A stretch of DNA of 64,000 nt from Octopus vulgaris (Eukaryota): contig OX597818.1 in the NCBI GenBank assembly GCA_951406725.2, positions 106,392,001 through 106,456,000 on the forward strand. Direction: 5' to 3'. Positions 1-13,100 of the stretch are shown here, piece after piece. Every line of letters starts with the position of its first letter. The stretch's first letter is position 1. The notes beneath the pieces are model-generated. The model was not told where the DNA came from. It did no database searches and was given only the letters and a program-made list of their open reading frames with translations. Position numbers and translations under genes: made by a program.

Positions 1-361
1 ATCATCATAGACAAGGACACTCCTGATGGTCCAGCACTACTTCTATTCCAAACACGTTTGGTGCCAATTGCTGGCTTCATTTCGTTGGCCAGCAAAGCAC
101 TGTATCTTGCACTGTTGATCGTACAACCCCTTTACCAGGGAAATCAGATCACAGCTCTTTGTTCTTCTTTGGTGCACGTTGCTAATGGAGCACCCATGCT
201 TACACTGCAGAGCCAGGAAGAAAAATGGCATGATCAGGCTCAAACTTCGATCACGTGACCGCAATAGTACCAACTATAAGCACATACGTGCAGAAGGTAG
301 TATGACAATAATAAAGGTATGTTATGGCGAAAGTGTGGATAATTTTCGACTTCCTCTCATA
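1..361 (-). mobile_element. mariner (DD34D-type) transposon 5' end, internally deleted, runs off window start
   Basis: Minus strand from ATG at 197 reads MGAPLATCTKEEQRAVI*, a typical mariner N-terminus, then jumps to a KPAIGTKR...VVLDH remnant of the catalytic region. The terminus reads TA-TGAGAGGAAGTCGAAAATTATCC (TIR-like, TA at 360-361). Confidence 0.75.
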
Positions 362-1320
362 CAAAATGATGGGGTACTGGTTTAAACATGCAAGAACAAA
401 TTGAACAGCAAATGGAAATATATTTTACACCATACTTCCAAATACTCTCCAATGGAATGTGCTGTATGCTCTCAAAGCTTGTGAGACTAAACTGTAATAT
501 CTGTAGCTGTGTTTGTTACTGAATGTATTATAAAAGTAGGTGTAGATAATCCAATCCATTATGTTGCAAAGAACTCAGTTCAAAAGAAATGATTTTTTTT
601 TATTGCATTTGTGTAATTTATTTTAAAATTTCTAATTTTAATATGACATTCCTCTGTGTATCTTGTTTTCTTGGCTAACTGTAGCAATTAACATATTTGA
701 TCTGGTTTCAGGCATTTAACTTGAGATGTTAATGAGCACTATGCATTAAAATGTAATAAAGAGAACTTAGAAAACATAAGCAATGAAGCAAAACTAATAC
801 AAAATACATTTGTCGCTTTAGGCGTTGGGACATTGATTAGAGGTCTGGTGCAGCGTAAATGAAAGCAACAGTTTCTACTTTTTCATGGCAAGTGAAAGAG
901 CAGACAAAAAGAATAAAAATATTAAAAAGCAAATTTATTTATTGCAGAATTACATGTTTCTGAAAATAGAAAACTTAAAATATTTATATTAATTTTACAT
1001 GATGGTTTTATCTACAATCAAGATGAAATCTCACAGAAACTCTTCATTAAATGACTGCAAGCTGACGCTACAGGGCTTGCCTTGTTACGACCCAGTGATT
1101 TGCTGTTCATTTAAGAAGTATCATTAACTAGATAACATTTTATATCCATGATAAAAAAAAATAATAAAAGAAAAACGAACTAAGTAAGAGTGGGGAATAG
1201 TCATCATCCCTTAAATGATCTGTTAATTAATTACCTACTTTTCTAATTAATTATCAGTTGCAAATCTGGGGAAAATATGAGTAATTTCAGTAAAATGGAT
1301 TGTATTTCATTTCCACACAT

Positions 1321-1452
1321 AATGATAATGATGATGATAATGATGATGATGATGATTATGATCATGATGATGAAGAAAAGGAGGATGATGATGACGACAA
1401 AGAGAAGGAGGAGGAGGAGGGCGAAGAGGAGGAGGCAGACGACGAGGATGAG
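1321..1452. repeat. compound (GAT)n/(GAG)n microsatellite
   Basis: Direct reading; explains the acidic, poly-M and poly-I ORFs here. Confidence 0.95.
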
Positions 1453-3949
1453 AAGACAAGGAACAAAATGGTGAGGAAATGGAGTGAATATTGGCAATTT
1501 CTTTCTATGGTAGCAGAATGTTTCTCAAAGTTAGTTATTGTAAGGAGAATAGAAACCAGATTTAATTGGGAGGAGAAACTCCAGGGTTTGATTACAGACA
1601 GAGAAGTAGAGAAAGAAACACATATGGAAATTAAGACATAAGCACACAACATTCATGTAGCATACATACACATACAGGCTAATGCACACAAACATAGCCA
1701 CTGACAAACGCAGCCATACACACTCATAACTTGCTCAAAGGCATACATACGCAGATATACACAGCTAAAATAAGCATGCAAACCCATTCAGGTGCTCGTC
1801 AGTCACCTTAATATTAAAATCAACATTCGTAGGTACTTTATAACATTGATTCTTTCAAGTGAATACGAAAACATAGAAACATATTATGCCATACATAATA
1901 TGTAGAATGGTCATTGGTACAAGAAACACTAGCTTTCATCAAATTCCTATTAGCAAAATGCTGACATCGTGACTAATTCATACTGAAGTCATGAAGTAAA
2001 CTGCAAAACTAGCCTGGGTTGAAGTGGAAGATGTACTGACATTACTACCAGCAAAATTCTTGGTCTATGAGCCGAAAAGGTTCATTTGATCTACTAAATA
2101 TAGCAGTCCTAGTTGCTATGTTATATTTGGAACCTCTTCATTGCAGGTGCATTGGTTCAGAGCTGATCTGGGGTTAATCAACAACATTTCTAAGGCCTTA
2201 GTGAAACGAATAAAGAGGAACCCGGTAATTTTGAAACAAGAGATTCATCAATTAAAATAAATATTCCTCTTTCATTAAATTGCAATGGTTGTGTAGCTTT
2301 GACGAAGTCTGTAGTTTTCAAGGTTTACCAAAATGTTTAGCCTGTGTTTCCTTGTACAAATATGAAGGAGAAGCTTATTTGAACTTCTAAAATAAAATTA
2401 TTCAATTAGTGATAGATAAATTTCAAAATTGGTTACTCAAGTTTCATGTGAGTAATATTCTATTTGCACTGATTCAACAAAAGGAGATGGACTGAAAGAT
2501 GAGGAGATAAACATTTACACTCATATACATGTCATACCATACCATAGAGTAATATACGTCCATAGTTACAGTGTGTATGTAGTAAATTCATGCAACTCCT
2601 GCCAGCCTGGGAAAACAAGTGTTCCGATGATAGTGATGGTGCTGGTGCATTGATGCGTACACACACACATATATATATATATGCATTCAATCATGCAAAG
2701 ACATAAAGAAATGCTTTGATGTTTTTCGTAACTGTGTACATGACACACTTCTCCTGAATACAGAATATTTTAATATTTCACTCACAAACACACATTTTAA
2801 TCTAACAATGATAAAATCTAATCGAAAAGGTGGGATTTCTTGTGTGCAGCAGCTGACATCCATATCCCTTCCACTACACATGACAGAAACTAGCTGAGAT
2901 GAAATATAACCAGATTTAGCACAATCTACCCCCCCCTCAACGCCACCATACAATCAATGATTGATCAATCGATGTATATTGACATGTTTCACTTCAATAC
3001 ACACAATATTTTATAGTTGTTATTCTCTCCAGTAACAACATTAACAATGATTGGAATTATTATTATCATTATTATTATTATTATTATCATTATTATTATT
3101 ATTATTATTAGATGATTACGACTACAGTTTCAGTGAAGTAATAATAATACTCATATATCTGTTCCCCCCCCACTCCTCACCAATTTATATTGGATCAAAT
3201 AAACAGAATTTAAAATCTAGGTGTGCTGAATCTAAAAGATAGAGAGCTGAGATATTTCAAATGAGATTATCCTTTCTCTTATCACAGATCAGACTAGCAA
3301 TTCTCTAACTTTGGCATTTCTGACAGATTTCTCTTGTAGAACAGTTTCAAAAAGCTTTTAAAAAAATCTGAAAGATGTTTAAGGACATTATAATACCAAA
3401 ATATTTAAGTGAAGAAGAAAATAAAATGATTTATGTCTAAGGTAGGAAATTTGGATTGAAGTAGAGTATAAGGTTTCAAGTTAGTGATTGTTAAACTTAA
3501 GACAAATTCTTTAACTAGACAGACGAAAATATTGCTTCTGTTATGTATATATATATATAAGTATGCAGTTGACTTAGCATAATACTTTTTACATATTTTC
3601 AGTGCTGGAATAAGTCAATGGAGACTGTAAATAAAAACAATTACGATCTTCAAAGTCAAGTGTATTAAAATGGAACTCTAAAATCTTAAACTGGGACAGT
3701 ATCTATTTTCTTTTTGATGTGCATGTCATTGTTGATAAATGTTCCAACCAAAAAGAAGGCATTAAAACAACTAATTTAGGTTTTAGCATTATACAAATAT
3801 TTATGTTTAAGAAAATTCTGGTATTTTTGTCCAATCCTTATGTTTCATTTCGTTTGCTTCTATTTGTTTCCATAAAATATTGTTTGATTTCAACTATTTT
3901 GATAATAATTGATAGTTCTATGAAACTACAAGAAAAGGAATTCAAGTGA

Positions 3950-4250
3950 CCATCAGAAAACACCATTGAGGATACCTGCACAAGATACTATGAAGGTTGA
4001 AATTCTAGCAAATCACTCAGAGAACCTAAACAGTTCCCAAGTGAAATAGAAAACCAGATCAACAATGTCACTGACCAAGAGAAAGGTGATAAAAGTTATG
4101 GACAATTCTAAACTTTCTAAACAAACTAGTGGTCTGGGATGATCATGATAAAGTATTAAAAGCTGGAGCAAAACTACAAGAACAAAAAGCTGAGTGGGTA
4201 AGGTCACTCTTTCTGACACTTGCTCTTTGTGACAATTAAAAAAGAAACAG
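3950..4250 (+). mobile_element. highly decayed LINE remnant (possibly RTE, pre-RT region)
   Basis: Fragments such as IEDTCTRYYEG and DKVLKAGAK resemble the linker region before RT; many stops. Confidence 0.3.
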
Positions 4251-4279
4251 AAGTATTAATCTTAAGAAGTTAATTAATA

Positions 4280-5260
4280 TGAAGGCTTGGCAGCAGAGTC
4301 AGCCTTATATGCTAGTTGAGGAGATTAGATTGCTTCTGGTTAGTAAAAGAAGAAGTAATAGGGAAAGAAGTTCCAGGAAGGGTTTCTCATATGCTGAAAG
4401 GATCACAATGTGTTGGTGTAAACTATTCAGGCAGTTAAGAAAGGTTCTTGTTCTGAGGTACGATTTATTAGTTCTGCTTAAAACAACCAGAAACTATCAC
4501 ACGAAGGGAATAGATCAAAGAGAATATTTCATTGCCATTTTAAATCGAGGCCATTCTATTTACTGAATGATTTCCTAATATTTGGAACTTCAAACACGTG
4601 ATCTACCTTAAGAGAATAGTAGTGATATTGTTGAGGAGAATTTGGCTTCTGTAAGTTATGTAATCATGTTGAAGCTTAATTGTTGGCTTGAGATAATCAA
4701 CTCAGGCGAGATGGAATTATCATCAAATGATGGGTGTGGCAGCATCAAAGCCAATTGAAGATTCTAGAATCTGTCTTACTTTTTGCTTGCTTTGTCTTAT
4801 CTCCAAAATTGAACTTATTGTTGCGGGATAGTTCTGTACAATGTTTTTAAATGTCAGGCTAAATTATTTTACACTGTTGTTATTATTACATGTTGGGAAA
4901 ATCCTGCATCTGATTGCCATTTATAATCATCACCATTTTATGCCTTTTTGTCAAAACTGGTAGAACAGAATGAGACAAACAGTTTCTTCACCTCATTGAG
5001 ATCTACGAATCTCTAACATACACAACAAGAAAGATAACTGGTCAACTGTGCAGTTAGGATTTTGGATGATAGTGATTTGAGGTGACGCAGCAAATTTGCA
5101 TGGATAATTATCTCCATTCATTTGAATAAGTGAAGCCAATTGTTTATTAACTGAATGCTGAAGACAAAAAACAAAAAAAAGGTTCCATACACTTAGAAGA
5201 AATTGAAATAGCTGATGAGAATGAGAAGAAATCAGCAAGATGATTGCTAACAGGCTTTCA
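4280..5260 (-). mobile_element. ancient L2/CR1-group LINE remnant
   Basis: Minus-strand remnants in the order expected for YADD-like (PCKFAASPQI), LGV..DD-like and RPFLT..YCN-like segments; heavily mutated. Confidence 0.4.
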
Positions 5261-5644
5261 GAACTAATCCCTTTGAGAATTCAAAAGATTTGTTGCTCAT
5301 GGTGACAGAGAATGTGTATTAATAGAGATGCATTAACATAAAAAAATTTATACGATTTAAAAAGCTCTATTTTTTGTAACTCAATACACAATCATTAATA
5401 GAATGCAGTCGAGAAAGTCGATGCCCAAATTTGGTATGGAGTAGAACAACTCAAGGGTAACTTTTATGTTATTTCTGTGAGGCACAACTTTAGTCATAGC
5501 GATTAATGCGAAACTAGTGATTGGAGAGTGATCAATATCAGAAGGTTCAATCAGGGAAAAGTTTGTTGCATGTAAATTTTAATGTTGAGTAAGGAGTCAG
5601 AAAAAAGTAATACAGTAAAAAAAAAGTATTTTCTTTATTGCTAT

Positions 5645-6168
5645 GAAGATGAGGTGTGCAGCAGAGAAGACTGTCCTGGTATGGTCATGGGATGCATATG
5701 GATGAGGAGAGCTGCATAAAGAAGTGATAATCTCTAATTGTGAAAGGAATCCGTGAAAGAGGTAGACCCAGGATGATGTGGGATGAAGTGGTGAAATGTG
5801 ATCTTCGGATGTTGAGTCTCATGGCAGCAATGACAATGATTTCTGGCACATTGCTATACTTGAGAAGACATGTCAAGTTAAGTGAATTTGTTGTCGTGGC
5901 TAGTGCCAGTGACACGTGAATGGCACCTGTGCCGATGACATGTGAAAGTACCCATGCCAGTAACATGTGAAAGACACCTATGCCAGTGAGATGTAAAAGG
6001 CACCCAGTACACACTGTGGGGTGGTTGGCATTAGAAAGAGGAACCAGCCATAAAAACCAAGCCAAAACAACTTGGAACCTGGTGCCACACTCTGGCTTAC
6101 CATCTCCAGTCAAACCCTCTAACCCAAGCCAGCATGGAAAATATATGTTAATGTTGATGATGATGATG
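5645..6168 (+). mobile_element. RTE LINE 3' fragment with 3' UTR and (GAT)n tail
   Basis: Encodes WYGH...RERGRPRMMWDEVVKCDLRML (RTE C-terminus), then GCCAGTGRCA-TGTRAAA units, the shared tail (..GCCAGCATGGAAAA..) and GATGATGAT. Confidence 0.85.
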
Positions 6169-6859
6169 TAAACAACAAAGGAATTCTTTAAAGTGTATTT
6201 ATATATTTGTCTAAAAGAAAATGTTTAGAACAGAATTTAATCGTCATTCAGCACTACTAAAGTGTATGTCATGGGTGGAATATTTTTCTATTCATAGAAA
6301 AATATTCTGGATTCTCGTAATGCTCTGATGATATAAAACAACAACAAACTAGCTGACATTGTGTGCTGCAAAATTTGTAGGAAAATAGAAACGGTCAAAT
6401 CCCTGTCTTCTTTACGCGTAAAAAAAGCGATATGTGAGTGTATATGACTCCCTCAAGCTTTGGTGTGTGCTCTGGCTTCAACCACTGGATGCTCTTCCTA
6501 ACGCCAACCACTTTAAGGTGGACAGATGAAGAAAGGAGATGCCATGTTTGAGTAGGCTACAGGGGCAGAGAAGAGAGATGGAAGAGGTGTAGTGCATGTG
6601 GAGAGAGAATTTGATGGTCCAGGGAGGTGGGGAAGGTATGGCCATAACATGTGGTGGTGGTGGTGGTGGAGAACACTCACAAAGAACGGTTAACAAGAGA
6701 GATGGTTCCAGATAGCAAGAAAGAAAAGTGGTATTTAAGAGGAGGAAAAGAGCTGTGGTTGGGAAGATGTAGAGGAAGTGATTTGAAGATGGGATTGATT
6801 AAGGTGTGTGTATAATTAATAAAAAATGGAAAAAAGAAGGACAAGAAAAACACCAAACA

Positions 6860-7800
6860 TTTTACAGTGCTTTTAAGTGGCACCTGCACTGACAGGGTCA
6901 CTAAGTACTTGCAAGACAAAAACTTTTAAGAGGGGAGGAGGCATCGAAGGCGGTGATAATGAAAACGTTATAGTGAGACAGATATAGGTGTCTTGCTTAA
7001 GAGGAAGTACAAGGTTGTCTGGCTGGAGAGAGAAAGATGATGAATGAAGACAGAAACAGGTGCACTAACACAAAGAAAATACATGGTTACCCAACCTGAG
7101 GGAGGTGCAGGAGGAGAGAGAGAGAGAGAGAAAGAGAAGGAGACCACAGGATGGAGATGTTGGCAAAATGCCGGGCATACTCACAAGGAATAGGGATCAG
7201 CGTATAAAAGAGATGGTTGAGTAAAGGAAGAGAGAAATAAAGATAGTGGTAAGTGCCACTTGAGGTTCAAATGCCATAATATAGGTGACAGGATATTGCA
7301 AAGGGAGTGCGATTAAAGAGTGCAAATAAGTGGCAAAAGACCTGAGTATATATAGATTTGGTGGGGCTACTGGATAGCAATGATACAGAGGAACAGAGGT
7401 GTGAGGACAGGATTGGGGAGTGAGAGCTAGGCATAGTGAATGGAGGAGGAAATGTGTAAAAGAGAAGAGATGTAAATTGGTTTGTTGGGGTAGAGTGAGA
7501 GGAAAAGTTTTCTTGTTAGTCCTGGGTGGATTAGCAGATGGCAATAACAGAGTGAGACAAGGTATGTGGGTACAACACACAGGTTGGGGGCAAGCAGAGA
7601 GCAATGATACAGTGGCACTGGGCCAGGGCCAAGAGGACAAGATTGGGGAGTGGGAAGTAATCATAGTACATGAAGTGGAAATGTAAGGAAGAGAAGGGAT
7701 GTCAAGACGTAGTTTGATTTGTTGTGGTAAAGTGTGTGAGAAGTTTTCTTAAGTGTGGGTGAGACACACAGCACTTCTAGAACTCAGTTTTGCTGATATA
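6860..7800 (-). mobile_element. long pyrimidine-rich 3' UTR of the RTE family seen at 26.3-28.7 kb
   Basis: Reverse complement matches motifs at 27565-27590 (CTGAGTTCTAGAAG) and 28410-28450 (TGTCTTGCAA..ACTT..TGACCCTG.CAGTGCAGG). Confidence 0.7.
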
Positions 7801-8354
7801 AGTAATAAAGGTGGCTTATTCACAATCTACAACCAAAAAGCAGAACTATGGATGTCACTAAAGTGACCAAGGGTACTAGTTAGCTACAGCATTGCTAGAA
7901 ATAAGAGTCAAAACAACTCTTAGCCATGATAAGACACTTATCATATGACTGACAAGAGAGGTAAGCTCCCTACATTTTCTGGAACATATATATATATTTT
8001 TCAAATCCAGTTTAATCAGATAGCTTTCCCTCCATCATCATGCACAACATCAGTCTTTCTCTTCCTCTCCTACTCCTGAGACCAACCCAACATATGTCCT
8101 CCCTCTCTCTCTCTCTTTCTTGTATATCTCCTGTCTACTGGCTCATCATTACTATTCTACTGCACTGCACTGTCAGTCATCTCCTACTCCCTGCTCACTA
8201 TCTCCTCCATATTATTGTGCATCCCCACCCCACCCCTCCTCTGCCCCACTCTTGGCATCGTATAATGCATGTACACAAGCATCACCATCACACAAGTGAT
8301 GCAGCTTCTTTCCTCTCCATCACAAAAAACACATCTGGGGAAATGACAGACTTT

Positions 8355-8520
8355 GCTTTGGTTATGACAGTCAGCGTTCCAGTTGATTCAATTAACAGAA
8401 CAGCCCACTCGTGAAACTAACAAGCAAGTGGCTGAGCACTCCACAGACACGTATGCTCTTAATGTAGTTCTCGGGGAAATACAGCAGGATATACAGACTG
8501 TGACAAGGCTGGGCCCTATC
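8355..8520 (-). mobile_element. 3' part of the tRNA-derived SINE seen at 49617-49996
   Basis: Reverse complement contains GTGTCTGTGGAGTGCTCAGCCACTTG..TTTCACGAG..GGCTGTTCTG, matching 49895-49950. Confidence 0.8.
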
Positions 8521-8694
8521 AATTACAGGTGTTATTCAAATTCTTTTACTTCTGACTCATGTTTCAAAGATATCAGTGTTGCTACTCTGGTAACTATTTA
8601 TCCTTTTTTCCATGTTAATTGTTAACAAGGGAAAAATTCACACACACACACACCCATCCATCCATCCATCTAGCCATCCATATATATATATATA

Positions 8695-8890
8695 TGTTGC
8701 CCTGATTGCTTGCTAAATCCACAAGTTTTTTTATTCTCTCCCTGTTTATTTCCTCGTGTACCTTTCTGTTGAAGAGCATAGGCTCAAAACGTAAAAGACT
8801 CTCTCACTTTCCCAAGCGTCAAGCTAATACACCTGTTTGTTGTTTATACACCTGTCTTCGTCTTTTGTTTTTCTGTAAATTTCAGTTATA
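8695..8890 (+). repeat. short TA-flanked interspersed repeat carrying a hammerhead-like motif (Penelope pLTR-like)
   Basis: CTTT-CTGTTGA-A-GAGC-ATAG-GCTC-AAAAC-GTA-AAAG at 8762-8797; bounded by TA runs. Confidence 0.5.
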
Positions 8891-8897
8891 TATATAA

Positions 8898-9045
8898 TCC
8901 TCATCGTCATCATTTAATGTCTGGATGCACTTCCTAATGTCAACCTCTTTACAGACTGCAGTGAGTGATTTTAAAGTGGCAAGAACATGGGCACTTTTAT
9001 GTGACACCAGCATGAGCACTTTTAGATGGCACTAGCATTGGCACT
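8898..9045 (-). mobile_element. RTE-type 3' tail fragment
   Basis: (TCA)n start, CTGGATGC.CTTCCTAATG.CAACC and reverse GTGRCAC units. Confidence 0.7.
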
Positions 9046-9049
9046 CTTA

Positions 9050-9296
9050 CCCCCTGTAAAAAGCATCATCCGATCGTGGCTAATGCCAGTGCCACCTGAC
9101 TGGCTCCCATGCTGGTGGCACGTAAAATGCACCCACTACACTCTCAGAGTGGTTGGCATTAGCGAGGGCACCCAGCCGTAGAAACATTGCCAGATCAGAT
9201 TGCAGTCTGGTGCAGCCTCCTGGCTTGTCAGTCCTTAGTCAAATCGTCCAACACATGCCAGCATGGAAAACGGACGTTAAATGATGATGATGATGA
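9050..9296 (+). mobile_element. RTE-type 3' tail (5'-truncated LINE or partner SINE)
   Basis: GCTGGTGGCACGTAAAA..CACCCACTACACTCTCAGAGTGGTTGGC...GCCAGCATGGAAAACGGACGTTAAATGATGATG. Confidence 0.85.
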
Positions 9297-9369
9297 TTCA
9301 GTGCATATTTGGTATAGATATGAACACAAATCTGAAAGCCAATATATTACATGTGTGTGTGTGTGTGTG

Positions 9370-9555
9370 TGTATTTATGTTCACACCAGTTTAAAAACCA
9401 GTGGTGTTTATGTTATACCTGTTCGATGAAATTAGCAGTTCAACAAATAGAGATGGATGCAAAAAGTAACAAACTGAAATAAGAACTGGAAATCACTGTA
9501 ACTTATATAGTCTATGAAGGTGGTGCTCCAGCATGGCCACTCTTATGGGTTTCAG
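9370..9555 (+). mobile_element. decayed SINE 3' part (same family as 43840-44050)
   Basis: Shares TTAGCAGTTCA..AAATAGAGA and GGTGCTCCAGCATGGCCAC with the 43.9-kb copy. Confidence 0.6.
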
Positions 9556-10111
9556 TAATAGCAATAAGAGTAATAACAACAACAACAACATGAGTCACAT
9601 TGGTAGTCATAGCAACAGTTGTAACATTATGACAAATTTGTTTTGGAGTCTGTCCTTTTCGAAAATGAACAAGATGGGTGAAGAAAATGGGAGAAAGATG
9701 AAGTGGAATGAAAATGAAAGAAAATCAGAAATTATAGTGATACTGGAAAAATGTGTACACACACACACACACGCATGAATGCATGAACACACACACACAC
9801 ACACACACATAAGGAGTGCTAAATTGTGTGGTGAGTGAGTGGAAGTAAGAGAAAGAAAGAAAGAAAGAAATAAGCAATAGTCAATGTAGACTGGAGGCAA
9901 AATGGAAGAATTGTGATAGAGAATAATGTTTTGCTTTTTAAAAGCAGAGATTTTCCACAAGATGTAAAGTTTAAAAAAAAAAATGCTGCTGTAAATAAAA
10001 AGAAAGAAAAGAGTTGATGTAGGAGGAGGAGGAGGTGGAGGAGGAAGAGGGGAGGAAAAAGAAAAGAAGAAAGAAAGAAGTAATTAAATGGAGAATTATG
10101 AAAGAATGACC

Positions 10112-10142
<31 letters not shown>

Positions 10143-13100
10143 CACGTGCAGTACCATTGGCTGCACCTCTTCAACAAGCTACAATTTCCATGGTCGTATT
10201 GAAGTGAAAGATTTGACTATAATATTGAATAGTAATTACTTCTATTGTCCATTAACAGTGGCATGCAAGAAAACTCTTGCAGAGTAGTGTTCTGAGAGAA
10301 GTGGAGAAGTGGGATTAGAGGAGAGAGAGGGAGAGGAACAAAGGTAAACTGAATAATTTAGTGAAGAGAAAAATAGAGAATAAAGAGGACAGAAAGATAA
10401 AGACTAGAGAGGTCAAGCAGAGAAAGAGTGTGTGCATGTGGAATATAGTAGTATATTATAGTAATAAGTGTGTGTGTGTGTGTGTGTGTGTGTAGTGGTG
10501 GTCTTAGCCGTATATACTGTGGTAGAGACAGACAATTAGATAGATAGATAAATAGATACACACAAATACCTATATATGCATACATATATTGATAAATCTA
10601 TCTTTATACATATTGATGTGTATACGCACACACACATACAAACACAGAAATGGAGATAGAGTGATGATAAATTTATTTAAACAATTGGTGCGGTCAGGAA
10701 GCAAAGCATAAAGCCATTAGTTCACAATACAAAAAGATTTTGACAATGATGATGTTTTCCTTTCTGTCAACTGATATGCTATTAGCATACCTGGCAGTGT
10801 AAGGTGTTGGATGTATTGGAAAGATGAGAAAAAGTTCAAGTTAGGTTCACTGAATTTTAACAGACCTGTCTTCTAGTGAATGTGTGAAGAAGTAAAACTG
10901 CTGGCATGCACTTCACACTTTCCAGAAAGTTGAGAAATATTGAATTGTTCTTTCCTTATGAAGCTGAGGCGATGGCAGCCCTGCTCCTTTTTAACTAGGA
11001 TATCCCCAGGGAAAATCTGTGAAGAGTTCATTTAGTAGAGATTAAACAGTAACTAATTAATCTCAGAAACCAGAATGCAAAGCTACTGACCCAGTAGGAC
11101 AATATCAGTTGCCCTGGGACATCACCTTTGCCCTATACATAGGCAAATTTTAGGGAGAAATGTAGATATAAACAAGGACAAATAGCTGTGTGGTTTTTGG
11201 TTTGGTTTTACTATGCAGTTCCTTGGGCAAATGTCTTGGATACTGATGCTGATGACAATGATGAAAATATTACATACACACAAAAATACTCGGAGTATGT
11301 AAAAAAAATGAAACACATTCAGCAATGAAGCAATCTCTTGATTATTTTTTTGACTTCCTTACATAAATTCTTAGAAATATCTTACTTCATTTATATGTAC
11401 ATAAAAACAGGTGCACATAAAAAATGATGCAAAAAAAAAAAGACATGTCCTTATTTGTGTATAAATGTACAAATAACTGTGTTCTCTATGACAAGCAGAT
11501 GTGGTGCTGAATGGGCTTTCATGCAAATAGACCCTACAAGTGATCGTGTTTGTATTTGTGTATACAAATGTATGAGCACATGAAAGCATTAAAGAAAAGC
11601 AGTCATTTATTCTGATGTGAGGAGATATGATTAGATAACTGTCAACTAGCAACAGGCACTTTCATCTTTTGTTAGTCTATTCTCCATCATAGAATAAATC
11701 TCTTCTTAGATACTCAGCTACCTGGTAAACAGTGCTAAGAGTGTTCAGGATCTTGTCTAGTATGGTATTATATATTGAAGTAAATGAAAAGCACTCCAAT
11801 TAAGAGCTCAAAATTTTAACAACGGTGACACATAGAAAAAGTAGTTTTGATACTAAAAAGGTAAATGGGTCTGGCACAAGCAGCAGAGTACCACATGGAA
11901 TATGGTATTTCATTTCTAACCTCATTGTATTCTAATTTTAAAAATCATTCGGGTTGACTCAATTCCTTACTTATACAGTTTAGGTATGTACCAGGTAAGA
12001 AAATTAATAACATTAAGACAAAAACCCCAAAATTACTAGGAAGTATGAACAAAAAAATGACAAAGAACTTCCTAATGTGGCTTAAATGCTTTTCAGAGAG
12101 GTTTTAATCAAACTTTTATTGCTAAACATTAAAAGTGACATCCAATATAATGACATGAAATGAGCCCAAGAATTGATATCTATATTTCCTCAAAATCAAA
12201 CGAGGTCAGACTTGAAAGCATATAAATTATGTAACACCGAAAGATCTTCAGGAAGAAATTTCCTTTTAAAGTTATTATTAATGTGGTGTCCATTGTTCAG
12301 ATTATTAATTTTATGCTTTGCATTTCAAACAGTACAATAGTTTGACCAACATAAGTGCTCTGATCATCTTCAGTTCCATATGTGTGTGCATGTGTGTGTG
12401 TTGCAGCAGCAGCTCAGTTGGTAAAGCTGAAAACTGTAGTATGAATTCTGATGACTGTGGCATCATCGTTGTTGTTTAATGTCTGTCTTTGTGCAATAGA
12501 AGTAGCTCCAGATTAAATTCTTTATCTGTATGACATACTTAACCAACATATATCATTGAAAAGTCAGAGGCTGAAGTGGTTCTCTTGACCTAAACTTGTG
12601 CTTTTACAAATCCTACCACAAACCTACTGAAAATCACACATACATAAATAAGCAGTTTTGTCACTCCTTACACTCTTTAAAAACCTTATAGCTAATATTA
12701 GTTACACAATATCTCTCCTATTGTAAGGAAATATTCAATAAGGAGATCCCTACTTTAATAATGTTCTAGTTAACCATGGCTTCAAAGGGAACATAGCTTA
12801 CATGCCTACCATAAAAAGCACAAAGTCTAAAAACAAACCTGGCAGGATAATAAAATATCACTAACCATTGTTATTCCTATTCCAAAGGTACACAATCTAA
12901 TCAAAAACTCAATTCCCTACCTTCCTTTTTCCCCCTAATTTCTTATTTTCATTTACTTTTTCATCTTCTCATTCTTTCTCAACTTTTCTCAGAGAGTAGC
13001 CATGTTGTAATCTGAGCCTGAAAAATTGCATAATAGTCTGCTTTACAAACTCATTTGATAAGTGTACTATCTGACTATTAGAGCAGTAAACTTATAATAA

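Noticed and set aside
58-385. Apparent plus-strand exon or ORFs with an AAG|GTATGT donor at ~316
   Set aside because: Better explained as the antisense strand of a mariner 5' end.
1243-1652. Acidic 113-aa ORF and overlapping poly-I/poly-M ORFs
   Set aside because: Translations of GAT/GAG microsatellites, open in several frames, no domain.
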